From Gammaproteobacteria bacterium (GTDB lineage Bacteria > Pseudomonadota > Gammaproteobacteria > PS1 > Pseudothioglobaceae), in contig CBDBIZ010000006.1 of NCBI GenBank assembly GCA_965206195.1, positions 68,563 through 132,562 of the forward strand: DNA of 64,000 bases, read 5' to 3'. Below the pieces are notes generated by a model. It was not told where the DNA came from. It saw only the letters and a program-made list of their open reading frames with translations, and ran no database searches. Position numbers and translations under genes: made by a program. Shown here piece after piece: positions 23,691-37,450 of this stretch (the first letter of the stretch is position 1; the number at the start of each line of letters is the position of its first letter).

Positions 23691-26600
23691 AACATTTTTA
23701 TTATTAAAATCTCAACTATTTTGAGGTTGGGGGGGGGGGGGAATGAAGAGAACAGACTTTCCGAATAAAAGGGTAAAAACTTTTTATTATCAGCATTGTA
23801 TATATATGCTTTTGTAAAGATAATTTATTTATCTTACACATAGAATAACATGCAGGGAGTAGATTAAATTTATATATATATATATATATATATCTATCTG
23901 CAGTGTACTTGAAGTGAAACTTTCTACTATAAAGGAATACTTCCCAACTCCTTTAATTGCAATAAAGAAGATAGTAATAGTTATTGAATTAAACATTCCT
24001 AATTTTTTATTACAATCATTAAATTGTACGCTTCCCTACAAACCACACTATGTTAAAACACTCAGGCACTCCTAAGTACCTGTGATTTAGTAATAAAACT
24101 CATGATCCTGTACAACAGCAGAAGTCAGAATGTACCGCTCAGCTTGTGGGATTCCATCCTTGGATGGTTTCTAGTTGCTACTGTTGTTTCATAGTGTTCC
24201 TGCCTCTAATGTTGCAGGTTATTCTTCCAGAGTGTGTGCACACTCAGTTACTGCCTGTTGCCTCTTTCTCTCTCCCTCCTCCTATGTCGCATCCTCCTCA
24301 CATTCATCTTATCCTTTCTGAGAATTACCCTTGGACTGTGGCTGGCCTTGGTGTTTTCTGACATGGTGTGGTCTAAATGAGGTGCATGTGGGCAGTATGG
24401 TGTTAAGCAGTTAGTGGTCATGTGTATGTGGGGAAGGAGGGGAGGTCTAACTTCAACCGTTCAAGTGTGAATCATGGATACACAGACAAAGAGACAGACT
24501 ATTCTCACTCTATAATGTAGATAGATATTTTCAGGCAACATACTAATTCTATCTCCTATGTCTTAATCTAAAATGAGAGAGAGCATTTGCAGCAATTACC
24601 GTGTCTGCACAGTAAGAGCATAATAAAATTAGTGGGTGCGATTTTCCATATGACTTGTTTACATTGTTGCACTACCTTATCCACAAATATATGAATATAT
24701 AGAAGCCAATATTGGGCCTTTACGGATTATGTTGGCATAATGTTGGGTAAAGATGGTGTTTCTGAGTTGCTAGAGTAATGCTGGAAAAATAGTCAGACTT
24801 TCCAAAAAATGATGACTTTCAGGAAAAAAAAGGTAGTGTTTTAGGAAGAATAGGTAGATCTTCAGAAAAAGAAATAAAAGAACTTTTAATCATAAATTTG
24901 AGTGAATGATTGTATCACAGTAAGAGATTATCCACACCTTTCATGTCCCACTTGTTAAATTGTGGAATACTTAGTCAGGGTCATATATAGAGTTAATATT
25001 AACTGTTTAAATGTTTCAAGTATTGAATGACTGGGCCCTTTGCTTGTTTTATGTTGTAACACTCACGTTTGTTTGTTATTGAGCATAATTTATAAAATTA
25101 GGTATGTAAAAAAGAAAAATGCATCAAATGGAAAGAAAAAGAGATGACAATAAAAGAAGAGAAAAGTAGGCAAAAATTCGAGCATAACCATTATATAATG
25201 AATGACAATCAAATCTCACCAACTTAAACATTGTTTTTAACTGAGGTACCTGAATACACTCTGCCTTATTATTGATCCTTGTTTAGTCGACATGTCCATA
25301 AAGGAAACACAACTTTTTAGTTACACTCATTGTATGTCGCGTAATTGTGGTCAGATGAAATCAAAGACAAAAGTCATTATTCTTTGATAATTTTTTTATT
25401 TTTTTTACATAATTACGCTTAATTTCACCATATGCAGTAACAGACATGTTAAGATTAGGAGTAAAGTAGTCAAGCCATAATCCCAAGCTCCACATTATTT
25501 TCCCCCAATTGCTTAACTACTTTAGAAAATGAACAACAATAGGGAAATAATTGAGGCATTGTAAATTTACGACTCATATCAACAAAATATACAAAATTAT
25601 ACTAAATGTCAAACACTGTGCAATATACTTAAAATAATGATAGATAGTTACAACATTACCATCTAATCTCGCCAATATTAAACCTTGTCCATATTGCACA
25701 ATAAAACTGTCTTCGCCTGTGTCTGGAACGGATTTCACACGTCCACAATACACCTTCATTCATCCCAACAGGTTCCACTTGATTTCACCTGAAAACTTCA
25801 GTGGGGTAGGCTTCAATCAGCTCAAATCTATTTTACATTACTGTGGCTTTATCGTGGATCTGAGCTATTAGGAATTTAGTCAATAATGGCTCACTCCCCA
25901 CTCTGTATCCGGCATTAGTGCTTTAACATTGCAGAAAGAGAAAAAAAAGAATAATTATATTCCAAATCTACAGTACTTAGTGGAAGTTGTATATCATTTT
26001 CTATGAACCTGTCATATATTCTTACTTGTAATGTTCAAACCACGAAACAGAACCTCTAGTAATAGTGAATACTTTGAGCTGTCATAGCAAATTGTTAGAC
26101 AAGTCTTCTCTTCAAAATGAAGAAAGTATTCCAGTGAAACGTATTTTTTTTATTTTAATTTTTTTTTCATTATTTTATTTATTTATTTTTTGTTTTTGTT
26201 TTTTTCAACTATTAGGTTTGTTTAAATAGCAATTTGGTTAACTAGACTAAATACTGTATCATTGCTACAAATTCTGTTTCCTATTGAAATATCTCCAGCA
26301 AAGGGTAAGTTGCATTTCTGAAGACTAAACCTTAATTTGAACCAAAGGTTGAATACTGCATGGATGTGAAGAGCTGCTTCAGTTGGGGATAAAATATTCA
26401 GACATATAAAGGAAATGTCTCTTCTTTCTCTTATTACTCCATTTAAACAATCCCTTCCTTTTGGATTTGGCCTCCTTTCAATGGAATTTCACTCCTTCTC
26501 AATCCTACTGCTAACAGTTTCATTTAAGGTCATAATTTTGATATGGCTAAATATCTTATTAAACGTTTTTAGCTATGAGCATACTCAGAGGGAAATTATT

Positions 26601-29215
26601 TCTAAGCTGTTAAGTAATTTTCAACCCGCCAATTTTGGTTACTTTCCCAATTTAGGCTACCACGTGTCCATTAAGAAACCGGTTCTCTTTTTTTCTCATC
26701 AAGTTGGAGTGAAGCCTTGAAAAGTTTTTAATTATTCAGTACCAACTTCACTTTGCGGCTTATTTATAATAAACTGTATAACTATTACAGAAATACACAG
26801 AAGGTGAATGACACCAGAGAAGGGTCAATAGAAGAGAAATGTACAAATGCTTTGAAGAATCCTCCTTGGACATTTCTGAAGAGTACAACGGTAAGTACTG
26901 AGATTAAGGTAACCTATATTACTGTAATTATCAAGATTCTTCAATTACTCCAGCGGGATAAATACTGATGTATGAGGTTTAAATTATTACTGCAGATTAG
27001 AAAACAAAAGAAAGTTACCGATATGAAAATAAAGTCCAGAAAATAATAACAGCTTCAAAAATATCTAACTTCAACAAAAAAATCTGGTCAGAATTCAGTC
27101 GTAATGATACAGAGCTTGTGGGACCCAGTTTTAAAAGGCAAAGTGTTACTTCTGTTTTTTTTAAATTTTTTTATTAATGTGTGCCAGTAACTTTTTTTCT
27201 TAGGTGATAGGTTACTTTATATTACTAAGTTTGGTAAAGTTAAGTGCAAAACTGATTTCCAACCCTCAAACAACAAGAAGGTTAATGCTCTAAAAGAAGG
27301 AGGGGTGTTGAATAAATAATAATAATTGCCTGTTGCTATGCCTACAATTCTGGAATATCATTATCACTTTGAAACATTAAAATAAAATATAGTACCACTT
27401 AAGTGTGAAATGATTATCAGTATAGAAGAAATCATTATCACCTTAAAGAAATTGTGATTTTCATAGGTGCAGGGTAAATATTGAATTGGCTAATTGCAAT
27501 CCCAGTTTAAAATTAATTTCCTTGAAGGAAACCAAAAAAAGATATCAACAAACAAACGCTGACATGTTTCCTCATAGTTGGAGATGCCTGTTGGGAGGTG
27601 GGGTGGGTGAAGGTGGAGGAACGCTAGTCTGGCTGGCCACACCTTTTAAAACATTATCCAGAGGGTGTGGCTTCTGTGGCATACCATATCTGTCCTACTG
27701 CAATACATTTGACAGTATCATAGTTGGTTGCTTTGCCAAATTTATGCATGCAACAATTTGATTGAGTTGCACACCCATCAAGCATATAATACAAATGCTA
27801 TTTTAAATTAAAAAAAAAAGAAAAAAGAAAGTATAAAAAAAGGTGGCACATGCAATACGAATGAAGTACTGTTATCCATGATTCACAGCCAAGTGAACCA
27901 AATTTGTATTTGGAAGACACCAGACCCTTCTGAACAAATTTTAGAAGATATGTTTCACTTGGCTGGGAAAAAAAAAGATCTTGCAGGTGTTCAATAAAAA
28001 TGTAATTCAGTTCAATCAATAAAGATGGATGGAGTAATACTCTCTATATTATTATTTGTGTTTAATCCCTTCATGTTCACTGGCCTGCATAAGTTTTAGA
28101 AAAACGTTTTGAAGCGACTGTTTAAAAAATAAACATTCAAATTTCATTCAGTTCCCTATGTCTTCCTGTCTCTGTATAAGATATTAGGGATCAATGAAAA
28201 GATTGAATTAAAAGTAGAAAAGCGAAAATAATTTTTGCGGGAACCAAGAAGAGGAAATATTGAATTAGGTAGAAGTGGACTATGATGAATTGATCCAACG
28301 TGGAATAAGGGATTAATTTTTGGGTAGTAGGTAAGAATTCAGCTCTAAATCTAAACTTGATCTAACAATTAGTTTAGCGGTAGTGCTTGGTAAAAACAGA
28401 CAAACAATGAACTACAGCTCTAGCTGGTTAGTAGTAGTAGCTGGCTATAATATCCAAAGATGAAGTCAGCTATAAAGGTGAACTTCAATAAAATATATAT
28501 TGTGATATTTTAATTATGTGTCATTTTGAGAATAATACAGCAACCCAAATATTTAACCACATTCAATAATGGTCTCGTAAGCGTAACCATATATCTTGAA
28601 ATTTAATGGTGGAGGTAAAGCATCATGCATGAGAGATGATTTCAATAATCAGTCTGAACCAAAGTTATAAATGGCAGCCCGGCAGTACTGACACTGTTTA
28701 CTTACTTCCTACAGAGTAAGAAATGAACCTGCTATTAAAAAGACAAAACACAAACATTTCGATAATTAGTTAAAAGGAAGTGTTATACCATCCTGTTCTG
28801 TCACCACATTAATTACAAGCAATTAAGAATGCATGTATTATCTCTCTCACTCGTTATTCCTGTGCGTGTGTCTGTTAGTGTGTGTGTGGTTGTGTTCGTC
28901 AGTGGTTCAGTTGGTGGATAGACAGGTGCATGCATATATGAGCGAACTCCTACAAGAGTAAAACTCTGAAGGCCACTAGATTTTTTATGGAGCACATTGG
29001 GATCCATGGGAGTGGAGGTGTCATTGCAATCTGTTTATCAAAATTGGGGTCATTGGCATGATGTGTGTTTTTTAGGTTTCAAATTTCCTGGGGGTGGTGA
29101 TGTATGTGTGAGGCGGAGGGGGAAGGAAATACATGAGTAATGAGCAAATACAAACAAATATATTTATGTGAACACACTCTACCTGAAGTCAGTAACAATG
29201 TGCCCAAAAACCATT

Positions 29216-29257
<42 letters not shown>

Positions 29258-29608
29258 GGCCAAACTGTATGTCCTTCCTGCAGACAGCAGTTTGACCCAA
29301 GCTCACAGAAGGTGGACCTGTCTATCAGTAGGAAGTCACATACCGAGTCTAGAGCTAGGTTCCTTTGGTATGCAAACCAGGCCAATATTTATTTTTTTCA
29401 TTACACAACATCAGGAAGAAAAAGAGAGAAATATAAACCAAATTTCTTATATTCAACTAGTGATATAGAATAATTAGCAAAGATTTGGTATAGAAATCAG
29501 AACTATCAATCAACACTCACATACTCACACATTATATGTCCCGATTTTCCATAAATTATGTTTGGGTTGTGATATGTGCAATTATATTTTATATTTTTCT
29601 TTGTAAAG

Positions 29609-29824
29609 GTACCCAGCAGTTGGCCACACAAAATGTTTCATCTCTTTTGGGGTTTGCTGAGGGACAGCAAACTTCTATTATGGACCAATGGCTATATCAG
29701 GACGCCCAGGGCATCACTCGGGGCCCTTTCAGCTCTATTGATATGATGGCATGGTATGGAGCAGGGTATTTCACTATGGATGTGAAGGTGCAAAGATACT
29801 GTGACCAGATTATGCTCCCACTAG
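29609..29824 (+). CDS. GYF-domain (GIGYF-like) gene, left-arm copy, GYF exon
   Basis: It contains ..SIMDQWLYQDAQGITRGPFSSIDMMAWYGAGYFTMDVKVQRYCDQIMLPLG. This matches the GIGYF GYF domain (WxYxDxxGxxxGPFxxxxMxxWxxxGYF...V.R....F.PLG). The donor is G|GTAAAT in phase 1. Confidence 0.8.
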
Positions 29825-30729
29825 GTAAATGGTGACTATTTAATGCAGTTGCTTGTGCTCTAGTGACAGTAGATATGATAGGATGATTAGTGGGAAGGGA
29901 TGGAAAAGTCAGCTACCTTTGGATAAAAAAATCGCTCAGGTGTATTTAATGCTTGTTGAGTATTCTTTCCCTAGCTTGAACAGTTTTGATTGATTTCGTT
30001 TCATTTTAGTAAGGAATGATAGTGCAAAGATATTATGAAACACGGCATGCTATCAAATCCTATGTGACCACAATGAAGAGCTACCACCTTAGATATTTTT
30101 AATTAAACATTAAAATTGTAGCTAATTAAAATTTGTTCAGTCTTTGTCTGTTCAATTTAATGGTCTATATTCTTTATGAGATAAATATTTGGGATTACAG
30201 AAGTAGGGGGAAGAGTTCTGCAATATTTGCTAGTAGTGACTTACACAAAACAGGTGGAAAATTTTGCATTAAACTTGTTAGCCAAACTACACCCAAGGGA
30301 GGATAATAACACTTTTCCTGTCAGTTGGAGACTGCATTTCAAATTTGAGCCAGTTGTTCTATCTGAGCAAGATATTTTCCTCTCCATGTGACTGGGAGAG
30401 TGTTGTTATCCTGCTCAAGGTCTGGCTAACTGTGTGCTTTGTGTGTTTAATTGAATGTGGCTCCACTCTATTGCTGTACTGGACCAATCTCTCTGTCTTA
30501 AAGGTCACATAGAGATAACATGCTAAATTTCAACCAAATCGGTTTTACAAAGTAAAAACTACTTGGTGTTAATATCAATGGTCAAACCACACCCATAACA
30601 ACACCCATTAGAGGGTAATAATAATTTTATGATCGCATGTAGATGATATGCCATATTTTCCAATAGGTGTGACCAGTTATTTGTTGGTATGATGAGCAAT
30701 TCATCATTTTGTCTTTCCTGTTTGCATAG

Positions 30730-30839
30730 GTGTTGTGGTGTACATCTGGGGGTGTCTCCCTTTCACCTCTGTCAGACCCTCACCTCCTCCCATCCAACCT
30801 TCCAACATCTTCTGGAAAGATGTTTTCCGCAATCCTCAG
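30730..30839 (+). CDS. GYF-domain gene, left-arm copy, exon B
   Basis: Its phase fits the exon before it. VVVYIWGCLPFTSVRPSPPPIQ.. parallels the remembered GIGYF2 segment IMKMWGRVPFSPGPAPPP directly after the GYF domain. The donor is CAG|GTGAGG. Confidence 0.7.
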
Positions 30840-31346
30840 GTGAGGAATCATTGATTCCAGTGATGAAATTGATACATGTTTCCAAAGTAAAGAACTTCAT
30901 GTTCGATGCAGAGTTGTAATAGCTACCCTTAGTTTATGGGCAGTTCACTTTCAGACACCATATTGTCTTCAGTTTCGCTAAAGGCAACGGCTCCCACCAA
31001 CTGCCCAAAAATACATAGTCTTTATAGTGCCACTATCCACTCACAATGTAAAATGAACAAACTAATCTGTTTCATGTACAGCCTCATTGTACCAATCTAA
31101 TAGCACCATAGGTGCATGTATATTACATCTCTATATGATATGTGGCCATGAATGTAATGTATGTTCATGGATTTCATCCATTCTCATAGTGTACAAGTTA
31201 ATATAAGGCCTGCTCATATAACACACATTCATTTAATACATGTCAATATAGTAATTTAATTTTGTACATGACTACATAATCTATGACACATTTATGTTGT
31301 CCTGTTTGTTCGTTATGAAACAACAAAAATGCTGCACTTTCAAAAG

Positions 31347-31506
31347 CAGATGCAATCTTCTGTTGCTGCTGTGGAAAGCATCGCTACGCTAGGAGACACA
31401 TACCAGATGAATTTTCCACGTGCTGGACAGATTCATCCATTAGAATTGTCATCATCGTGGGACCCAACAGGAATATGGAGCTTGCCCACGACAACCGAGG
31501 CAAAAG
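31347..31506 (+). CDS. GYF-domain gene, left-arm copy, exon C
   Basis: The frame is open (QMQSSVAAVESIATLGDTYQMNFPRAGQIHPLELSSSWDPTGIWSLPTTTEAK). It follows an AAAAG acceptor, and starting at 31350 is also possible. The donor is G|GTAGGT, and the phases fit both neighbours. Confidence 0.6.
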
Positions 31507-31593
31507 GTAGGTTTATTTTGTGCGGGCATTGGAGAGAGTAGAGCTACTGTTACTATTCATTCTTGTTGTTCATGCTGTTATTGCCATTTTCAG

Positions 31594-31810
31594 AGGAGCC
31601 GGTTTTCCAACAATGGCCGGTTATACCCACAGCTGATTCTGCATGGGTTCCTATTGCCACATCTTCTTCTGTGGACATGGACACCCAGAACATTCAAGCC
31701 CTTGTGGAGCAGGAGAGAGAGAAGGCAAACAGGCTTTCCATTGAGAGGGAAAGAAAGAAGCAGAGACAAGCTACAGAGAGGAAAATAGAAGTGGACAATG
31801 GTGTGGCTAA
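31594..31810 (+). CDS. GYF-domain gene, left-arm copy, exon D (charged E/R/K segment)
   Basis: It reads EEPVFQQWPVIPTADSAWVPIATSSSVDMDTQNIQALVEQEREKANRLSIERERKKQRQATERKIEVDNGVA. It has a TTTTCAG acceptor and an AA|GTAAGT donor. The phases fit both neighbours. Confidence 0.65.
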
Positions 31811-32528
31811 GTAAGTGAGGAAATTAAGAAAGGGGAGGCTTTCGTGTTGTTTATTTTAGCTATTTCACATCAAGCCAGATCTCTTGACCTCAGTGGCCAA
31901 CATGTACATACAATGTCTTAAAACTTCCACTGATCAAGCCAATTCTGAATGGCAAATTAGTCCGACTACATGGCAGGTCATACAACCCCTACTTTGCACC
32001 AACACTACGGCTTAACTTAGTATTGATCAAAATCAACTAATTCGGTGAAATATCTATTTGTGTATGTTTGTGCATGTGCATGTGTGTGACTTAAGCAGAC
32101 ATGCCATTTCTTCTTGCATGAATTGTAAATAGTACAATTCGTTCGACCGAGTTAATGAAAACAGTTTTTAGGTTGTTAAATTTGTAACATTTCCTCCTAA
32201 CTAGCATATTTCTAATTGTGATGAACTCCTATTAATATTCTAATTTACTATATTCACAATGCTTCAATTCATGTAACAAGTTGAAAAAAATTCTTGTTCC
32301 CAAAATATCTTTCATTTCCTTTTATTTTATAGCAAATATTTGATTATATTTATTACTGATTTACTTTAGTTAGTTCCTCGATAATCACCAATATGCATGA
32401 TTTTTGTGGGTTGACTTGAATATTTTGGCATGTTATGAAATTTTATATGAAGTCGTTTTGTGTGTTTTGGTTATAAATTCTCCAAATATAACTCAAGTTG
32501 TTCTCTGTCCCACTTCTCCCCCTTTTAG

Positions 32529-33291
32529 TGTCAAGCAACGTGTAAGCCACAGACACTCTAACGGTCACCATGACAGTGTAGATGCAGCAGCAATGCTATC
32601 AAGCCTCTCCTCAGAAACCTGTGTCGAGGGTGAGATTGTGAGCAAACCGTACTCTCTCAAGTTGGATGAGAAGTTGACAAATGGTGAGCTCTCAACTCCA
32701 TTTCCACAGAAAAACGGTTTCCTGTCATGTCGTTCTCCTGCTATGCCTACCAATGGCCAGGACAAAGGGAACCCCACACTGTCCATTTCTGCAAAGCAAT
32801 TTTATCCATTTTCAAAGAGCAGGAAGCAATTGATGTCCAATGTAAAGGAGACCATTCATTTAAAAAATATGGAGAATGAAGCAGTGAGCCGACCAACGGA
32901 ATACATAGAAAGTGAAGTCAATGCAAGGAGGCTGGATTTTGAGCGTAATGCCAAATATATGGCTTCCCTTCCAAGTGATGACACTGAACATGCTGCATCT
33001 CCAGCTAACAGAGCTGTGAAAAAGTGTGCTGAATATTTCAATGAGTGTGTGGAGAATTCCTTCGCTGCTTCATATGCACCAGATCCCAGGAATAGTCTGC
33101 CAAGCTTTCACCACACTGGTCTTATGCCTGTCTCTACCTCTCATCCTGCACACCAACAGGCTTCTGGTACTGAGCTTTGTTTGATGCAAAAGTGTGGCTC
33201 TGAGCATTCTCTGGCAGTGGGACAAACCCACACTAACGCCTACACACCGAGACAGATGGACACACACAATGATACTCACACACAAGGATGA
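32529..33291 (+). CDS. GYF-domain gene, left-arm copy, large exon E, with its 3' end and donor removed by a 174-bp deletion
   Basis: It follows a CCTTTTAG acceptor and is in frame with exon D. The frame is long and open (VKQRVSHRHSNGHHDS...SLAVGQ). Homology to the right-arm exon stops at 33224, after which the frame runs into former intron sequence to TGA at 33289-33291. Confidence 0.6.
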
Positions 33292-34439
33292 ATCCTGTTT
33301 CATTGAATCAATGAATAAGAATATGAAAGAAAAAGTGCGATTCATTTATTTTTATGGGGGAAATACGCCTCGTGCATGAACAAATACCATGTGACTACAA
33401 AGTGTTGTTTATTCCACATAGAAAACGATAATTGGTGGTTCATTTCAAGACTAGGGTTTTATAAGGCTAAAAATATTGTTGAGGACTGTAAGTAAACAAG
33501 AAGAGAGGATTGTTTTCCTTTAATTCATGTTTGAACTGCCTATTGAACAAATAATTCACTCCATTAATTCCATAAAAAATTTAAGTCACATCCATCAGCT
33601 CTGCTTGGCATATGGGATTGCTTGAGAGTGAGCCAGAAAAGGACATTAACCACCAGGTTTCGCTTTCTAACAACTTGGGTGGAGGGATTGTAATAGACGA
33701 TAAGCTGCATTCAGTTCCTGTTCACCGTAAAAAATATATATATATTTCTGTTGGATAGTGGGTGAGTAAACAATCTACGGGTGCTGAATTATTAAGTAGA
33801 CAATTTTGGCAATTTGCATGTAAGAGTCCACAATGAATGGCGCCAAGTATCAGTCATTTAAGAAAGCTAAGCTTTTGTGGATGTGGGGCGCGGTGGAAGT
33901 GGGGATTATATTGTTGTGTGTCTTGTGTTTATTTGCTTACTTTAAGAATTTCAATACTTTTTTCACACTCCTATTCCTTGAACCAGAGATCCAGTACAAA
34001 GGATTGGGGAAGCAGTGCTGACGGTAAATGGCCAAGCTCCTCCTTCACCAACATAGAGGAATTCCATCTGGAGATCCCTTCTTGTCTCTCAACACAGCCC
34101 TAGCCAAGGAAAGGTTCTCTGCATGAAGCCAAACAGAGAAAGAACTCAACTGAACAGTAGCAATATAGACCAAATCCAGTTATCACTATATTCGATTGCA
34201 TTTATTTGACTGCATTTACTTTTGTGAATGTCATTGTGATATCTGTGGTGGTATTTCTTGAAAAAAAATTTTTTTTCGTCAAAATTAGAAATATGAGAGA
34301 TAAATCAATTAAGAAAGTGTATGCCACTATGAGCATCATGATAATATAATGCCGTTTGGACATATGGACAAATTCACACACAGAAAATCAACAGCAGATC
34401 AAGTCACTCAGATTGCTGAAGACAACAAGGTGAGCTATT

Positions 34440-34870
34440 AGGCCAAAAAAAAACTGATGCTGTGTCTGTTGGTCTCACAGCAGCCTATGATACAACATGA
34501 CACCACAGCACACATGCATGCTTCTGTATCTGTTACCAGAGAGGCACATTGTCAAAATACATAGAATTTGTCACAAACCACAGCTTTATCCCCACCACCG
34601 GGAATATGACATGCAGCAGATCCTGACGCCTTAATATCGGTATTCCACATGGATCAGTCTTTGGCCCCCATCTATATAACATTTACACTTACAACATGTG
34701 AAAAACAGTCTTGCAGAAATAGGCATACATGGACGATCTTGCTTTGGAGTATTCTGGTAGGGACAAGAAGGCCGTTGAATTGGTTCTTAGCCAAGACCTA
34801 GTGACATTAGCAGCATACTTACACATTTGGTTGCTAGAGCTCTATTGGTCATAAATGGTGTTGGCTTTGC
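34440..34870 (+). mobile_element. Non-LTR retrotransposon reverse-transcriptase fragment (decayed)
   Basis: It translates, with stops, to VGLTAAYDTT*..NHSFIPTTGNMTCSRS*RLNIGIPHGSVFGPHLYNIYTYNM..AYMDDLALEYSG. This matches RT blocks DxxxAYDTV, NGxPQGSVLxPxLFNxY and YADDLAL. Confidence 0.7.
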
Positions 34871-35267
34871 CAAAGTTAGGCCTTTGTGGTCCAAGTATTA
34901 GGCTCTGATACTTAGACACATACATACATACAAACATGCATACATACTTACAAAGCAAAATTTATTTTAAAATGGGTTCGTGCATTTAACTCCTTACATT
35001 CAATCTTTATTCTGAAGTTCCCCTTTGATGGCACATCTTCACCTCACACACCAATGGAAAGTGACCAGGTAGGACCTTACCCATAATAACCTGTGAGTGA
35101 AGTCATACATGCATACATAGTTTCAGATCTGTACCTACAAAAGTTTTCCTGCTAGAGATACAACCATTTTCAGATTTTTCTATATATGTGAGTGTGTGCA
35201 TGTGTGAGTGAGTGAGTGCATGCATGCGTACATAAGCACAAATCACAAATCACGCACATACACATGA

Positions 35268-35585
35268 ACAATGCGCAGCTACAATTTTTAGGTAAGCATC
35301 AGTGTAACAGTACTTGCCAAACAATCTCAAGGATGTTATTTGCTGACTGGGTGCATCAAAATGCAAATGGTCAATATCACAACGCATGGTTACAGCATTT
35401 GAGAATCTGTTCGATCCAACTTTGTCTTCGATCAAATCCAGTGGATATAACTCGCTGCCACTCGGAAAGGTGTATTGTACTAGCAAAGAAGTGATATGGA
35501 AAAGTAACTCTGTTGGTAGGTTGCATAAATAGTTGAACCCCAGCTCCATCACCCCTCCAACAGGCTGGTAGATTGGGTCTGACAT
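35268..35585 (-). pseudogene. Left-arm remnant of the F-box/LRR ORF (first ~105 codons only)
   Basis: ORF 35250-35585 (minus strand) matches the right-arm ORF up to ..KIVAAHC. It then diverges at the 2,732-bp deletion junction. Confidence 0.75.
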
Positions 35586-36454
35586 ATTCTTCCCTTCTCC
35601 TTAATTAATTCAATTTTTTGGGCTGCATTTGTGTTTTTTCCAAAACTTATTCAGTAATTTGCTTTTGTTATTTTATAGATCCTTTCTCTTCTAAATTTTT
35701 TTTGGAGTGTTTCTACATTATTTAGTTAGGCATATATAATCTGATAAATTAAAAAAAAAAATTTTTCTTTATTATTTCTTTCAACTGTATCTTGTGTAGC
35801 ACAGATTGAACTACTTTCTTCTTTTTTTTTTAATTATATAGTGTATAATAATTATCTTTAGAAATTTTAAGTGGGTGATCTTTTAAATATTGAAATCACT
35901 CCTCTTCCATTCATTTCCCCACTTTATTTCAGTTTTCCATTCCATCATTATATTTGAATACTCCATTTCATTCTAATGATTCATTTCACAGGTTCTCTAG
36001 ACATGAACCAAGATTCTTTTCCACAGAGTATTTGGTAAAGGGTATAGGTAAAAGTGTTCGATAGGTGATATCCAGCTTACCTGCTCAGATTGGCATGATA
36101 CAGAAATTACATGCCAGGTTAATATGAGAAAAAAATTTTATTTTTTTTTAATCTTTTTGATTTACTTTTTCCCCCATTTATTTCTAGTTCTTCCTTATAC
36201 TTTGTACAACCAGGGAGGCTAATCATTTATTTGATCCTATTTTTATTGTTTGAATAGGGTTTATTTCCTGAGACATTCAAGCTAAGGGACACATCTTCAA
36301 GTAACACATTAAGAATTTCTTACAGTCTCTAAAGTAGTGAAAATTCCTTTTTCTTCTCATTATCCAGTTCCACCTCCCTCTTCTGGATAACTTCTCCAAC
36401 ATACCAAGAATCATCTGATCCCATGACAAAGTAGTATGCATTAAAAGCAGGTTC

Positions 36455-36481
36455 TAGGGCTAGGGCTAGGGCTAGGGCTAA
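36455..36481 (+). repeat. (CTAGGG)n, ~4.5 units
   Basis: Read directly. Confidence 0.9.
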
Positions 36482-37450
36482 TAAAAATATGAATATGACT
36501 TCAGGCTCACTATATATTGCTGCCATACTACTCATATGAAATATTTCTATTGTTTTAATCAATAACAAACTTGGCAAACCTTGATTAACAGCTGCATTTT
36601 TCTTTATTCATGTATATTATAGTTTCAGCAAACATTAGAGAATGTACATGGGAGAAGGAGAGGGTGGGTTGGTTGTGTTGTGTTGTGTTTTATTGGTTTT
36701 ACTCTTAACCACACATGATAAATATGCTGTTTGTGCTGAGTGCATGTATTTTTTCTATAACTTATTAGTTCCATCGGCCTCCTTTTTGGGTGGACCATCA
36801 CACCACCTCTTTTTACTACCCCAATACAAATGTGAATTATTATATAGGAGTTCTTTTCCTATTTTCTTGAATACACAGAGCCCAGTGAAGCTCACTGCTG
36901 TCACATGTATTGCTGTGACTGTCTTGTCCTGCAGGTCAAGCTCTACCATGTAAAGAGGAGTGACCTAGAAGAGCAGCAGCTCCATCTCAACGTGGGTCTG
37001 CAGAAGTTCAGGGAGACTGTTGAACGGGTGAACAAGCTGTAGTCCATTCACTCAATCAAGAAGAATGAGTTGGAGCAGAAGAATGCTCTAGACAACCAGA
37101 CACTCAGGCAGATGGTGAGCTACTGCCATTCTGAAAGATTAGCTACATATGAGTTCAAATAGAAAATATTTAGAAAATATTCTCAGTCTATTTATAATTG
37201 CTGATTTTTTAAAGAATTTATTTGTTTATTCATTTGTTTATTGTTGTAGTTTTTTATTGTTGTTTGGTTACTATCTTTGTAGGTCAAACATAAGCATGAG
37301 GCAGAAAAGAAGCAACTGACCTCCCAGGTCATCTAGGAGGACTGGAGGTGCAGAACAAGGACATCTCTGTGAAGAAGAAACATGTTTTGGTGGACCAGGC
37401 CAAGATCAAACCTACTGTCAGAGATGCAAAGCAAGGTGAGGGCAGTGCTG

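Noticed and set aside
25574-25759. The ORF MKVYCGRVKSVPDTGEDSFIVQYGQGLILARLDGNVV.. (minus strand), identical in both arms.
   Set aside because: It has a non-repetitive composition, but I recognise no domain and cannot link it by splice phase to any gene. Identity between the arms is uninformative, because flanking non-coding sequence is equally identical.
26753-26968. An ORF ending ..ALKNPPWTFLKSTT|gtaagt as a possible N-terminal GIGYF exon (cf. FGPEWLRALS).
   Set aside because: The similarity is too weak and gapped. It has a plausible donor but no supporting acceptor or phase evidence.
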